From positions 1 to 35,306 of the forward strand of contig JAPEUG010000160.1 in the NCBI GenBank assembly GCA_026025795.1: DNA of 35,306 nucleotides, written 5' to 3'. This stretch comes from Thelocarpon superellum. Taxonomy: Eukaryota. Shown piece by piece: positions 10,229 through 21,079 of this stretch. The translations under genes were made by a program, and so were the position numbers. The notes beneath the pieces are model-generated. The model was not told the origin of the DNA. It saw nothing but the letters and a program-made list of their open reading frames with translations, and did not search any database. Each line of letters starts with the position of its first letter. Positions within the stretch are counted from its first letter, which is position 1.

Positions 10229-11443
10229 ATGGCAGGCAAAGACCTAACATCATCATCCTCCTCCTCCTCCTCCTCCACCACCACTGCCTCTTCGTCATCA
10301 CCTGTGGATAGGATCCCGCACACACGAAACGGCGAGCGGCCAGACTACCTCAAGAGCCCGCCGGCGCCGGAGAAATTGCCGCGCGATCTGCAAGATCTGC
10401 TCGATCAGCAAGACACGCTTTTCGACGAGATATACGATGGGAGGTAAGTAATGATCCATGGACCAAGAAGGAGTCAGGTCCCCTGACTTTTATGTCCTCT
10501 TATTCTTCTTCTGCTTCTCCTCCTGTCGCAAGAGGAGTACCGACGAATGGATGAAGATACGACTGACTGCTCGTCTGCAATGTAGCGCTCCCGACTCAAC
10601 CGACTCGTCAGTGCGCTACGCAGCGTACGCGACACGCATCCGCACCATCCTCCTCAGCGCGCAGCGGTACGTAGCGTACACGTCGGACGTGGGCGAGAGC
10701 TTCCGCCCCGTGGCGCACCCTTATCTCATTCGAACCGCCTATGCCGTCTCGTGGGCCTATCTGGCCGGCGACGTCACAAATGAAGGATACAAGGCGTATT
10801 TGAGAAACCAGCGGCTGTTGTATCCGAATTTACATCCTCCAGCTGACTCATCCGTTTACTCTTCTTCTTCGTTTCCCTCTTCTACGACACCTTCGGCGTC
10901 AGGATCCGTCGGGCTGGTCACGCCGCAAAAGGTGCCGCCGCTGGAAGATTACAGAACAGTCATGGTGCAGCGTGGGATCTTCCAGGCCGTGGCCAGCATG
11001 GCATTACCTGCTTTCACGATCCATAGCATTGTGCGGTACTCGGGCCGTGCAATGAAGAACGTGCAGAATCAGCGGCTGAGGACTTGGGGTCCGATAGGGG
11101 TGAGCCTGCCCGCGTTCCTTATGTCCGGCCTCCACTTCCCGCCGTATCCATGGCGATCCTGACGAGGGGATCATGTGCTGCTTGTTTCTCCCGCGGTGAT
11201 GCTATGCTAATCGATGGTGTGCTCTAGCTCGGTCTGGCAGCCGTTCCCTTCCTCCCGTACCTGTTCGACAAACCCGTCGAAGAGGCGGTAGAATGGACCT
11301 TCCATCGCGCCTTTGCGACCTTCGGCGGCCAGGACGCCGTGGCCCAGGTGCCGTCGACGGGCCGCGCAGAGGAAGGGCAGCGTCTTTCAAAGGTCGGTGC
11401 GAGAGAGGACAGGGAGAAGAGAGTCAAGGAGAAGGAGCTTTGA
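10229..11443 (+). CDS. MTP18: Mitochondrial fission process protein 1 (MTP18 family), 314 aa, 3 exons
   Basis: Exons are 10229-10443, 10586-11099 and 11228-11443. Motifs: RYVAYTSDVGESFRP, FQAVASMALPAFTIHSIV, WGPIGLGLAAVPFLPYLFDKPVEEAVE. Confidence 0.93.
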
Positions 11444-11599
11444 TTGATTCAGCCTCGGGATCTACCCTCCTCTTTCTTACTCCTCTCTGGCGTTCGACGG
11501 TTGGTTGTACGCGACGAAGTACGTCTCATCCCTACTCTTACTGTTATAGGTCAAGGAAGACCGATGAGAAATATGATCCCTTTTTTCCCTAACTGATAT

Positions 11600-13154
11600 C
11601 TATGCCTCCTTGAGTGGCGTTGATGCCTGGTTTGACTCCGTGACTGACTCTGCACCTGACTCTGTAACGGACTCCACACTCAACTCCGTACTCTCCGTGC
11701 TCGCACTCGTACTCTTGCTCGACTCCGATCCCAACGTATGCCCCTTTGCTTCAAATCCATCCACCGTTACTCTTACCGCGCCGGCTTGCACCAACTAAGA
11801 CACCGTCGTCGTCGTCAGCATCAAAATTGACGTCCTCCCGGTTTTGTCCATGACTTACCGCGCGCCTCAAATCGTCAATCAGATCCTCGGGATCTTCAAT
11901 GCCGACACATAACCGGATCAGATCCTCGGGGAGCTCGCGTTCTTTCCGCGTCTTGGCGTCGATGCTGGCATGGCTCATGCGACACGGTAGACTGATCAGG
12001 GAGTTGACACAGCCGAAACTCACGCTGATGGCCCAGAGACGCGCGGCTTCCACGATGCGCTCGGAGGTGTTGACGTCGCCTGTTTCGAAACACAGCACGG
12101 CGCCCGCGCCGCGGGCCATGCTCCAGTGCAGTGCGTACTGCGGGTGTGATTTGAGACCTGGGTAGCGCACGCGGAAGCCGTGCGACTCGAGGAACTCGGC
12201 GATGCGTTGCGCATTCGCTTGCTGCTTCTCCATGCGCACGCCAAGCGTCTTGATCCCCCGCAGGAGCAGCCAGGAGTCAAAGGGCGAGAGGCCGCAGCCC
12301 GAGGCATTGATCGTGAAGAAGAGCTTGTCGCCTAGCCCACGGTCGTTCACGGCTAGCACGCCCGCCATGAGGTCGTGGTGGCCCGAGAGATACTTCGTCC
12401 CGCTTTCGTAGACAATATCGGCGCCGAGATCGAGCGGGTTGAGGAGAAGGGGGGAGAGCATGGTGTTGTCGACTGCGACGAGGGTGCGGGGATTGGCGCC
12501 GTGGGCGATGGTGGCGATGGTGGCGATGTCGGCGATTTTGATCATCGGGTTGGTGGGCGTTTCAAGGAGCACCATGGCTGTTTTGCTATTGACGGCCTGG
12601 CGGACTCGCTCGGGGTTTGTCGTGTCGACGTGGTGGACGACGATATCGCCGTTGGTGGCGAGGTATTTGAGAAGCCGGTTGGTGCCGCCGTACAGATCAT
12701 CGCCCGTCACCACCTCGTCGCCTGGTCGGAGTAGCCGTGTAATCACGTCCAGGGCTCCCATGCCTGACGATACCACCAGGGCTCGTGAGGCCGACATGAT
12801 TTTGGCCAGATGTCGCTCTAGATGTGTGCGCGTTGGGTTTCCCGACCGAGTGTAGTCATATTCGCCCCCGCCGCCCCCCGACGTCTGCTTGAAGGTGGCG
12901 GACTGGAAGTGGTCAGTTGGGGACATGGTGAGCTGGGGAAGAGGTACTTGGTAGATGGGCATGCTACTGGCATGGTATTGATCATTGCTCTCCGTAAAGA
13001 CCAATTCCGTGGCCAGGGCATATTTCCGGCCATTGCGGGGGCTGGACGGTGCGGGGGAAGGCGGGAGGTCATTTCCGTCGAAGTCGAGTTGTGAGAGGGT
13101 TTTGGGGGGGATGCCGCTGCGTGGATCCCCGTTGGAGGGTGCCGGTGCATCCAT
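11600..13154 (-). CDS. STR3: Cystathionine beta-lyase (PLP-dependent, Cys/Met metabolism), 481 aa, 3 exons
   Basis: Exons are 13154-12948, 12902-11859 and 11794-11600. Motifs: PIYQSATF, YDYTRSGNPTR, LETPTNP, the PLP lysine in ESGTKYLSGHHD, and VSFGCVNSLISLPCRMSHASI. Confidence 0.95.
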
Positions 13155-13692
13155 GACGATTTGACCCGCCGTGGTCTGTCATTTAATCGACACGGATGAA
13201 TTTGATGATTTACTCTTTTGCTCCCGCTTGCGCTCTCTGGCGGGCAATCCGATGTCGCTGGTCTAATTGCTTAACTGGGTTAGATTGATATGGCGTGCTC
13301 GCCAGAGTCCCACCGATCTTTAACGTTATCTAATTTGCATTCATGGCGGAAGATCCCTAACGGGGCCCTGTCATTAGCGGCATGGCCCCCAGAACACGGA
13401 GGGCAGCATACTCGTGCAAGCGTTCCTGCTCGTACTCGTACCGCAAGGTGGGAGAGCTGGTTATATATTTCGGCCTCTGTTTGCACCAAAGTATCTGATG
13501 AAATGCCTGTCATTGCATGCACACCCTAGAGCTACCATATCATTTCCTGCGGCACACTCCAGCACCCATGGCTGTAATCATCCAGAAACGACGAGATGGT
13601 AGAAAAAAGACAAGCCCTTCCAACAGCCACTGCAAATGACAGCACTCGTGAACAAGAGAAACGTCTCAACACTTCTGGCCCTCCGGCGATCT

Positions 13693-14366
13693 TCAGTCGT
13701 CGGTGTGAGGAGCAGGGGCGTCGGGAGTATCACATTCACCATAGATGTAGACATTCTTGCCAGTGAGGTTGAGGTTGGAAGCACATCCGTCTGGCAGTAA
13801 GTAGGGGAGCGGGCTACTCTGATTGTCGGAATTGGTGTGTCCCTGGCTCATTGTGTAGACATAGGTCAGTGAGGTTTTCCAGGTCGTCAGAGGTTCGGAA
13901 CACGCGGCGTCGCCGTATAGTCCAAAAGAACAGCCATAGATGGGTTCCGATGCAATTCCGCTCCTCTTCGGTACCTCGGAGCCATTGAGCGATAAGCTGG
14001 TCAGTCCAGGCGTGACGGTGTTTACTTGAACGCAACTCTGGCTTTTATTCGCCCGCAGAGGCGCCGAAAATTGCGAAGCCGCGCCACTACAACTCGGCGA
14101 GGCGTATAGTGAGTAGACGATGGTATTGGGGGGTATAGCGGTCCCGTTCGGCGCTTGGCGGGCTGTGAGTTGGCCGTCTGCATTGCCCAGGGCGCTCCGA
14201 CGAACATGTCCTCGTCGAGCAGAGGTCACAGTAAGCAGCGTCGCGAGGACGGAGATGATCTGGTATCTAAGTTCAGCAGCGTCTCGACTAAAGAACCTCC
14301 CACTCCTGGGCCTTGACTTGGTACGGGAGGGCGAGAAGAAGCAGCACGTACGGTCGAGGGATGCAT
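13693..14366 (-). CDS. Small secreted cysteine-containing protein, 193 aa, 2 exons
   Basis: A 15-nt first coding exon at 14366-14352 (MHPST) and intron 14351-14260 (GTACGT...CAG) join in frame to 14259-13693, creating the signal peptide MHPSTIISVLATLLTVTSA. The protein has 6 Cys, RR/KR and LTAR|Q processing motifs, and four N-glycosylation sequons. A TATA-like TATATT lies near 14535-14541. Confidence 0.8.
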
Positions 14367-14736
14367 CTTAATGGACGAGAGAAGAATGAGAAACACCAGA
14401 CAGCTGGCTCGGAACAGCAGGTACGGAGAGAAGCGGAGGAAGTGGAGAACCTGCGTGAGAGGAGTTGCTGGAGAGGTAGATTGGTGGAGTTCAGTGCGTC
14501 TGTATTATTTTTCTTTCGGGGTCACCTAGCCTCAATATATAGCAGACCCGCTCTGCCAAGTTCATTGTAAAAGCTGCCCACTCAGCGTGTCTTGTGGCGC
14601 CGGATATAACACAGTTTCATCGGAAAGCATTTCATGCTTATGCACAAGATATCTACGAAACAACTGGGCTGTGCTTAGATGTTTCAGTCGATGTGTGAGG
14701 CCGGGAGCTCCACGCCTCGCCACGAGGATAGGAGTG

Positions 14737-14799
14737 ATCACGTGATGGCCACGTGATGGTCACATGATACGGCACATGACCTGGCACGCTGTATATAAA
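14737..14799. promoter_or_regulatory. Phased array of E-box motifs followed by a TATA box
   Basis: CACGTG at 14739 and 14750, CACATG at 14761 and 14773, CACGCT at 14785 (spacing 11, 11, 12, 12), then TATATAAA at 14792-14799. Confidence 0.55.
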
Positions 14800-15567
14800 C
14801 CGAGTCCCGCTGCGAGCTAGCAGAGCCCCAGCGTTCAACTCGAGTAACACGAGGAGGCTAGTCATAGGTCTATGAGCCCTAGGAGCCACAGAGTCAACTC
14901 CATTGACTACGTCTATTGTTTCCGCCTAGCTGTAGGCCTCGTCGTCACACGATGCAAGAGACAGACCTATAGTTATGCATTGTGTGCGACGCAGTATCTT
15001 ATGCACGTATATGCTGCCCAGAACTGCGAACGAGTACTGATTCACACCCAGGCGTTTATAAAGGGTATATATCACTGAAGCATGCCAGATATTACCAGGC
15101 TTAGGGATGTGGCGTGGTCCTTGGTGTCCGTGTGCTTTGCGTCTTTGCTTTGTGTCTGTTTTGTGTCAGGGTGTTGTCTCAGGATAATCGGAACATCCCG
15201 ATGAGTGGCGCAGATGTCAGATTGTGCGCAACGAGGTCGTCAAGGTCTCGTGACATTGGGGGCGCCCCGGCGCTCCGGTCGAATCGCAAACATTCGTTTG
15301 ATGTAGGGGCGCCCCGTGCCACTTGAAATACACGTGGTGATGTCACGGGGAAAGCTCCGGTCTGCCGACTGCGTACGCAGGGTCCCCCAAAATAACTGTA
15401 ATAGTGTGCTCAGGCCAAGGGTGGGCAACCCGGGGCTGGGGGATGTGCAGACTGCCGACTGGTATTTAGTAACTACTGGGAGACCTTCTTGCATCTATGT
15501 TGGCGAGGAAAGGCAGCGCGGCTCCCTTCTTACGTTCCACCCACACCGCCCCGCGTGCCTGCGCGTC

Positions 15568-16644
15568 TCAACACCCACCAAGCCACTCTTGTGTCACCCA
15601 ATCCAGTCCTTCACGCAGCCATGGCGTATCCAACGCTGCTTTGCTCTCAAAGCCGTGATCTCCCGGCTCGTACTTGACCATGATCTTGCCATTGGGGAGG
15701 ACGTTTCCGAACTTCTCCTGGAAGACCTTGGTTCCCTTCACCTCGACCACCGTGTCGTCCAGTCCATGGAAGATGAAGAGCGGAGGACAGGACGTGACAG
15801 ACTCGAGCACCTCGACAGGGAACAAGGACTTGTCCAAGCCGAGCATGAAGAAGATTCGTCCATATTGGAAGGCCGCGCGGAAGAGATCCACTCGCGCGGG
15901 CGGGTCCACGCCTGAGACGACGTCGCCCTCCTTCATCTGAAGCATGTGGTAGTCGACGATGGAGCTCGTGAGTGGAGTGGATCCATACGACCGATTGGGG
16001 AGAGGCTCCATGAACCACGGCGACTTGATGTCCAGCATCGGATATCCCGCGATGACGGCCTTGATTTTCCCCGCCGGCTGCGTCAGAGCGGACTGGATCG
16101 CCAGGTAGCCTCCTGAGTGAACGTTAGCGTGCACGTCCCACGTCCGTCGTGAGAAACGCACCGGCACTCCCGCCAACGACGAGCATCTTCTCCACGTCTA
16201 CCGTCGAGTCGCCTTCGCTGGCCCACGAGATCAACGTCGGGAGCTGGGCATATAGCCACTTCCAAAAGTCCGCCAGGTCCTCGAGGATATCGAGCCCGTT
16301 GGCCTCGGGCATCAGGCGATAATTGGGGCAGACCGTGATGGCGGAATGCTCCAAGGCATGGTCGAGAATCCACTGCGAAATGAAACCGGAGAACAAACTC
16401 GATCCAGTAATCTACCTCCCATTCCGTTAGGATTAATCATCACTCTGGACAGGACAGAGTCAGGAATGACACGTACCAGGCCACCGCCATGGAAATGCAC
16501 CATGCAAGGACGTGCTCCATCCTTCGAGTCCTTGGGAATGAGGATATCAACCTCGATGCCGTGGTTTTGGACCCACTTGTATGTGGCCTTTACGAAGTTG
16601 AAGCGTGTGAGGCGCTCCTCGATCGCGGGCCGGCCGAAACTCAT
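15568..16644 (-). CDS. Alpha/beta hydrolase (HSL-like esterase/lipase), 320 aa, 3 exons
   Basis: Exons are 16644-16477, 16411-16162 and 16112-15568. The oxyanion motif is HFHGGGL, followed by NYRLMPE; the nucleophile motif GGSAGG is formed across intron 2. The acid residue lies in HGLDDTVV and the His in GDHGF. Confidence 0.92.
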
Positions 16645-17196
16645 GATGACGAAGATGCGCAGAGCTTGCGCAGTGTGTGGTGCGCGCTCGTGGTGCGCGC
16701 TCGTGGTGCGCGGAGGGTGATGTGCAGTGCAACAAGGAACCGCGTCCAATCCTGCGTCTGCGACAGTGACAAGGAACCTCGGTGTTAGTGAGGCAGTCAG
16801 AGGCGACAGAAGAGCAGGAAGGTCAGGGCGGTTGAGAAAAGAGAAAAGAGAAAGGAGCAAGGTGCAGGGCTGGAGAGAGGCGCCTACTTATAGTATTGCG
16901 TCTCTTGAACAAGTCTTCCAGCGACCCTGAATAGCATGCGCGTGAGGTTGTTCATGGTGAATGAAGATTGAATAAACCTGGAGGACATTTCCATTCACTG
17001 CTGATGCACTTTGATAACAACAACCAATTGTTGACGTGATACCAGTCCGCCGAGGTATATTGCGGGGGACCGCGACATAGGGATATGCTGGGATGCGTCT
17101 GCATGATATGTGATATTTCATGGTCAAATAGTCTAGATCATGCGGTGGCGGTGGATGATGGGAATATATAGTCTACGTATGAAAGACCACCAGTGC

Positions 17197-18795
17197 TCAA
17201 CTACCCCCTTTGGCCCTTCTAGCAATGTTCAGTTCAGCGCGAGGCAATCGCGCCACCTGTTCGATGTCGTGGCCTTCGGGCATGACCCACGTGTCGTTCG
17301 CAAACGTCACGTCATAGTCGGAGAGGAGAAAGGCGAGGAAGCCAATGACCTGCCGTTCGGCAAACACCCGCCCCGGGCAGTAAGACACGCCGCCGCCAAA
17401 GGACCGGATCCCCGCCGATGTGCTTGCGCCCAAACCACCAAGCTCCGGGCTCAGGAAGCGTTTGGGATTGAAGGTCTCGGGATCCGGGTGGACGTCGGGG
17501 TCGAAGTGGAGGAGCATCGACGGCATGTTCACCACCGCTCCTTTCTTGAGCTGATACACCTTGTCCTCCTGGTCAGGCACCGGGGCCTTGGACACAATCT
17601 CCGTCGGCTCCACCACTTCGCGCATGATCAACGAGCCCGAGTGCCAGCGTTGTCCCTCGAAAAAGACGGAACGCATCAGTGGCAAGCCAGCGGGGATGAG
17701 CGAGACAAGGTCTTCGTCGCTAAGGGACGAAAAGGCAGCGGCCTTCAGCTCGGCACGGACGGCCTCGTACAGACCAGGGATCGTGAGGATCCGAAGAAGC
17801 ATGATGTACGCCGTAGGAGTGGAGTTGGAAAAGAGCCTATCCTCGCGTCAGGACATGCTCGTTACCGGGGAAGGGGAAGGGGAAGGGGATCTGACACACC
17901 CAAAGAGAAAGCCAAACTCATCCACCGCCACGCCTTCCGGGCTGATGTTGGCGGATGCGAGTTTGACCTTGGCGCGCACGTAGTCGGACACGTCCGGCTC
18001 GGTCTCGGCGGTATCGGCCACCTTGCGGAGATTGTTTTGGATCTGGGTGCGGATCCGACCCGGCCTGCCCACCAAGAAGGAGGGCAGGCCGGAGAGGAAC
18101 GGCCAGAACCCGTCGGCGGCAAAGTCCTCCATTTCCCGCATGGCGTTGGGATTCAACGCCAGAAACTTGCGGCCGAAATAAGTCGTCACCGTGGCCGTGC
18201 CCTGCACATCCGTCACCAAGCTGAAGGCATCCTTGCGCACCGACTTGGTCTCGCTCGCATCAATCTCGAGGCCGAGGGCTCGCATGAGCCGCCGCACTTC
18301 CTTGTAATAGACCAAGGCGGTGGTATTGTAGTGACTTGGCCGGAGTAACATGCTGTTGACATGGTGTGTCGACTCGGTGATGCTATCCATCTTCACCACG
18401 TCGGCACTCGACATGCCGAAGAGGTAGCTATTGATGTATCGGATAAACCCGGCCAAGCTGAGCACTTTAGACTTGCGGAACACGGTCGTCAAGTCCGACT
18501 GCTTGCTGAAGATATAGTGTTTCCGGCCGGCAATGTACGCCGACCACGGCTTGCCAGGGCTCTGGCGTCTGACGGGTTCACTGGTCAGTGAAGTCCCCCC
18601 GAACCGTCCCGGGCGCACTCACGCTCCCCATCGGAAGAAGGACCGACGGTTGCGGGCAAAAGGAATGCCATGACCTAGGATGGGGATGATATGAGGGATC
18701 GGCTGGGGTTCGTCGGCATCATACGTGGGCTGTATCAACCAGAGAGCGGCCAGGCCCACGCATACGACCGCCACGGAAATTTGGATCCACGCCAT
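17197..18795 (-). CDS. Cytochrome P450 of CYP7/CYP8-like type, 493 aa, 3 exons
   Basis: Exons are 18795-18623, 18568-17900 and 17836-17197. It has an N-terminal anchor and Pro hinge (PQPIPHIIPILGH), I-helix LFSNSTPT, ExxR (EGQR), PETFNPKRF and the heme motif FGGGVSYCPG. Confidence 0.93.
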
Positions 18796-19304
18796 GGCTT
18801 AGCTGGGCTACGGGTCCAGTAATCTCAGCACACCACAGCCGTTTCCGAAGAAAGACGGAAGACTCAAGACTGCCACCAAAAGATGGAGATATGCCGTCGC
18901 GGAGTGCCGTGTGGCCTTCATCGATTGAACCAGCTGCGTTACGTCGGGGCCGAGCCGTACCGTCAGCCTCCTACGACACGTTTACGAGAAAGCGGTCCGG
19001 ATGACGGTGGTGACGGGCGTTGCATTAGGGGGCTGAATTTCGTGAGGGTCGGCAGCAGGCAGCAAGCTCAGCCGCAGTCAGATCGTTAGCGAAGCTTAGC
19101 GGACATTGCCGCCGACAGGGGCCCTTCAGATCACGTGGTGAGACGATACGATGGTCTTTGTACTCGTCCTCTCCCTCAAATTGTATGTATCCAAAACATT
19201 GCGTCTAGACTCCTATCAGCGGGCATAAGGTCATCTATTTTACAGGTGGTGGAGAGAATTCGTAGATGCCCCTATAGACACTGCCGCCATTGACGATGCT
19301 GAAG

Positions 19305-20715
19305 TCAATTGGACTCTTTGGATGACTCTTCCTCGGTCTCCTCGTCCTCGTCCTCTTCATCTTCTCCATCTTCCTCCTCGGTGGTGCTCTCTTCGACAAC
19401 CTTGCTCGTCTTTCGGGGAAGAAATTCTTCCGCAACCACCTTCAAGCTGGCCTTGCCGCTGAAGAAGTCTTCTGTCCGGAGACCGCGGACTTCGTCAGGA
19501 TTGATTCCTTCCATCCGCTCTCCCTGATCGCGCTTCTGTCGGATGAATTGACGCACCGGCACCAGCGCGGCGTCACGACAGGCTTCTTTGATGTCGCTGC
19601 CCGACATGCCCGCCATGATGCGAACCAAGTAATCGGCGTCAAAGTGCTGCCGGTCCAGCTGGGTATCGTGCAGCACGAGATCGAGGATCCGTCGTCGTTG
19701 CGGCGCCGCGGGCAGAGAGACGGGGAACTTCTTGGGCATGCGGCGGAGGATAGCATCATCAATGTCCTGGATCCGATTCGTTGCCCCGAGGATGAGAATC
19801 CGCTGCGGCTGTCCCGACGTGTTCGCCGAGGTCAGACCGTCCCAATGCGTCATGAACCTGGGGCCCCACATCAGTCTGACACGGCCACCCATGTGAGATG
19901 AACGACCTACTCCGCCTTCACCATCCCACTGGCCTCATGTTCCCCGCTCCGTCGCGTCCCCATGACCGCGTCAATCTCGTCGATGAAAACGATGCTAGGT
20001 TGCAATTTGCGCGCCAGCGAGAACACGGCATTGACCAGCTTGTTCGAGTCACCGTACCACTTCTCCGTCAGGGTAGAGATGTGCAGGTTGATGAAGCAGG
20101 CACCACTTTCGTGAGCCAAAGCCTTGGCGAGCATGGTCTTGCCGCATCCTGGAGGACCGTAGAGGAGGACGCCTGACGGAGCGGAGAGAAGCGAGGAGGA
20201 ACGGGAGTAGAGGTGTGGTAAGGTGAGCGGGTAGAGGACGGACTCTTTGAGTTCTTCGATGATATCGTTGAGCCCTCCAATGTCTGCGGCCGACGATCAG
20301 TACTGCCACAGAGCACACCACACGAGGAAGAATATGCCGACCTTCAAATGTGACCGGAATGTCTTCGGGCGGTACGACCTCCATCGCGATGGCTTGTTCG
20401 TATTGATTCAGCACCAAGTCCTCTTTCCGCGGACGAGCGCCGTCGTCAACGTCCCGCTGCTTCTCGCCCGTGAGACCACCGGCGTCTAATCTCCGCAATA
20501 CGGCGGCCGATTTCTTCCGGGCTTCTTCCTTCCGCTCCGCCTCGGGATCCATGCGTGCGAGCACATATCGCACCAGATAATAGGCCGAGACTTGCTACGA
20601 GCGGATGCACGCGTCAGCGACCATGCCGGCCAGCGAGCATGGTGAGACGTACCGCCGCGGCGATGAGGATCAGATCCTGGATCAATTTGAGCTTTCGCCC
20701 GGACCCGGTGGACAT
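19305..20715 (-). CDS. MSP1: Mitochondrial/peroxisomal membrane AAA+ ATPase Msp1 (ATAD1), 413 aa, 4 exons
   Basis: Exons are 20715-20653, 20594-20342, 20283-19911 and 19857-19305. It has an N-terminal TM helix, [13 protein letters not shown], Walker [21 protein letters not shown], Walker B VFIDEID and [21 protein letters not shown]. Confidence 0.96.
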
Positions 20716-21079
20716 GATGGCCGCCGGGAAAGATGACGATGTCGTGTGCAGTTGCGCGTCCAACGTCCCTGTTCTTCGTCGGCCTGAGTTGGGAGAGCAT
20801 GCATTGCCACAGGTGGCGGTGCCGCAACTCGTCTGTCGTCTTCACGTGTCACCCGAGGCGCTCGGGCCGGCGACACTGAGAGGGCAGCATGAAGGCGTGA
20901 TTAGGTAATGATCCGCGACCCGCCCGATTTGTTCGTTTGTTTACGTTGGCGAGCTCGCTATGCGCCACAGTCCCCCCCATCCCATAGGACTCCCAGAAGA
21001 CGGTTAAAGTATCAGGCTCCACTCGATCGTGTCTCAACGTGGTATCAAATTGCCCTGAGCCTGTGAATTGAACACGAGA

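Noticed and set aside
9295..11227. Intronic snoRNAs or stwintrons in the longer ATP19 and MTP18 introns
   Set aside because: I found no properly placed RTGATGA...CTGA box pair and no nested donor/acceptor arrangement by eye.
16677..16712. 13-bp tandem repeat (GTGGTGCGCGCTC) in the hydrolase 5' leader, and similar microsatellites near 2572, 3965, 8978 and 17867
   Set aside because: These look like ordinary slippage repeats with no sign of function.
19270..19310. Stop-codon readthrough of MSP1 giving a peroxisomal isoform
   Set aside because: The context is TGA CTT rather than TGA CTA, and the extension would end QCL, which is not a convincing PTS1.
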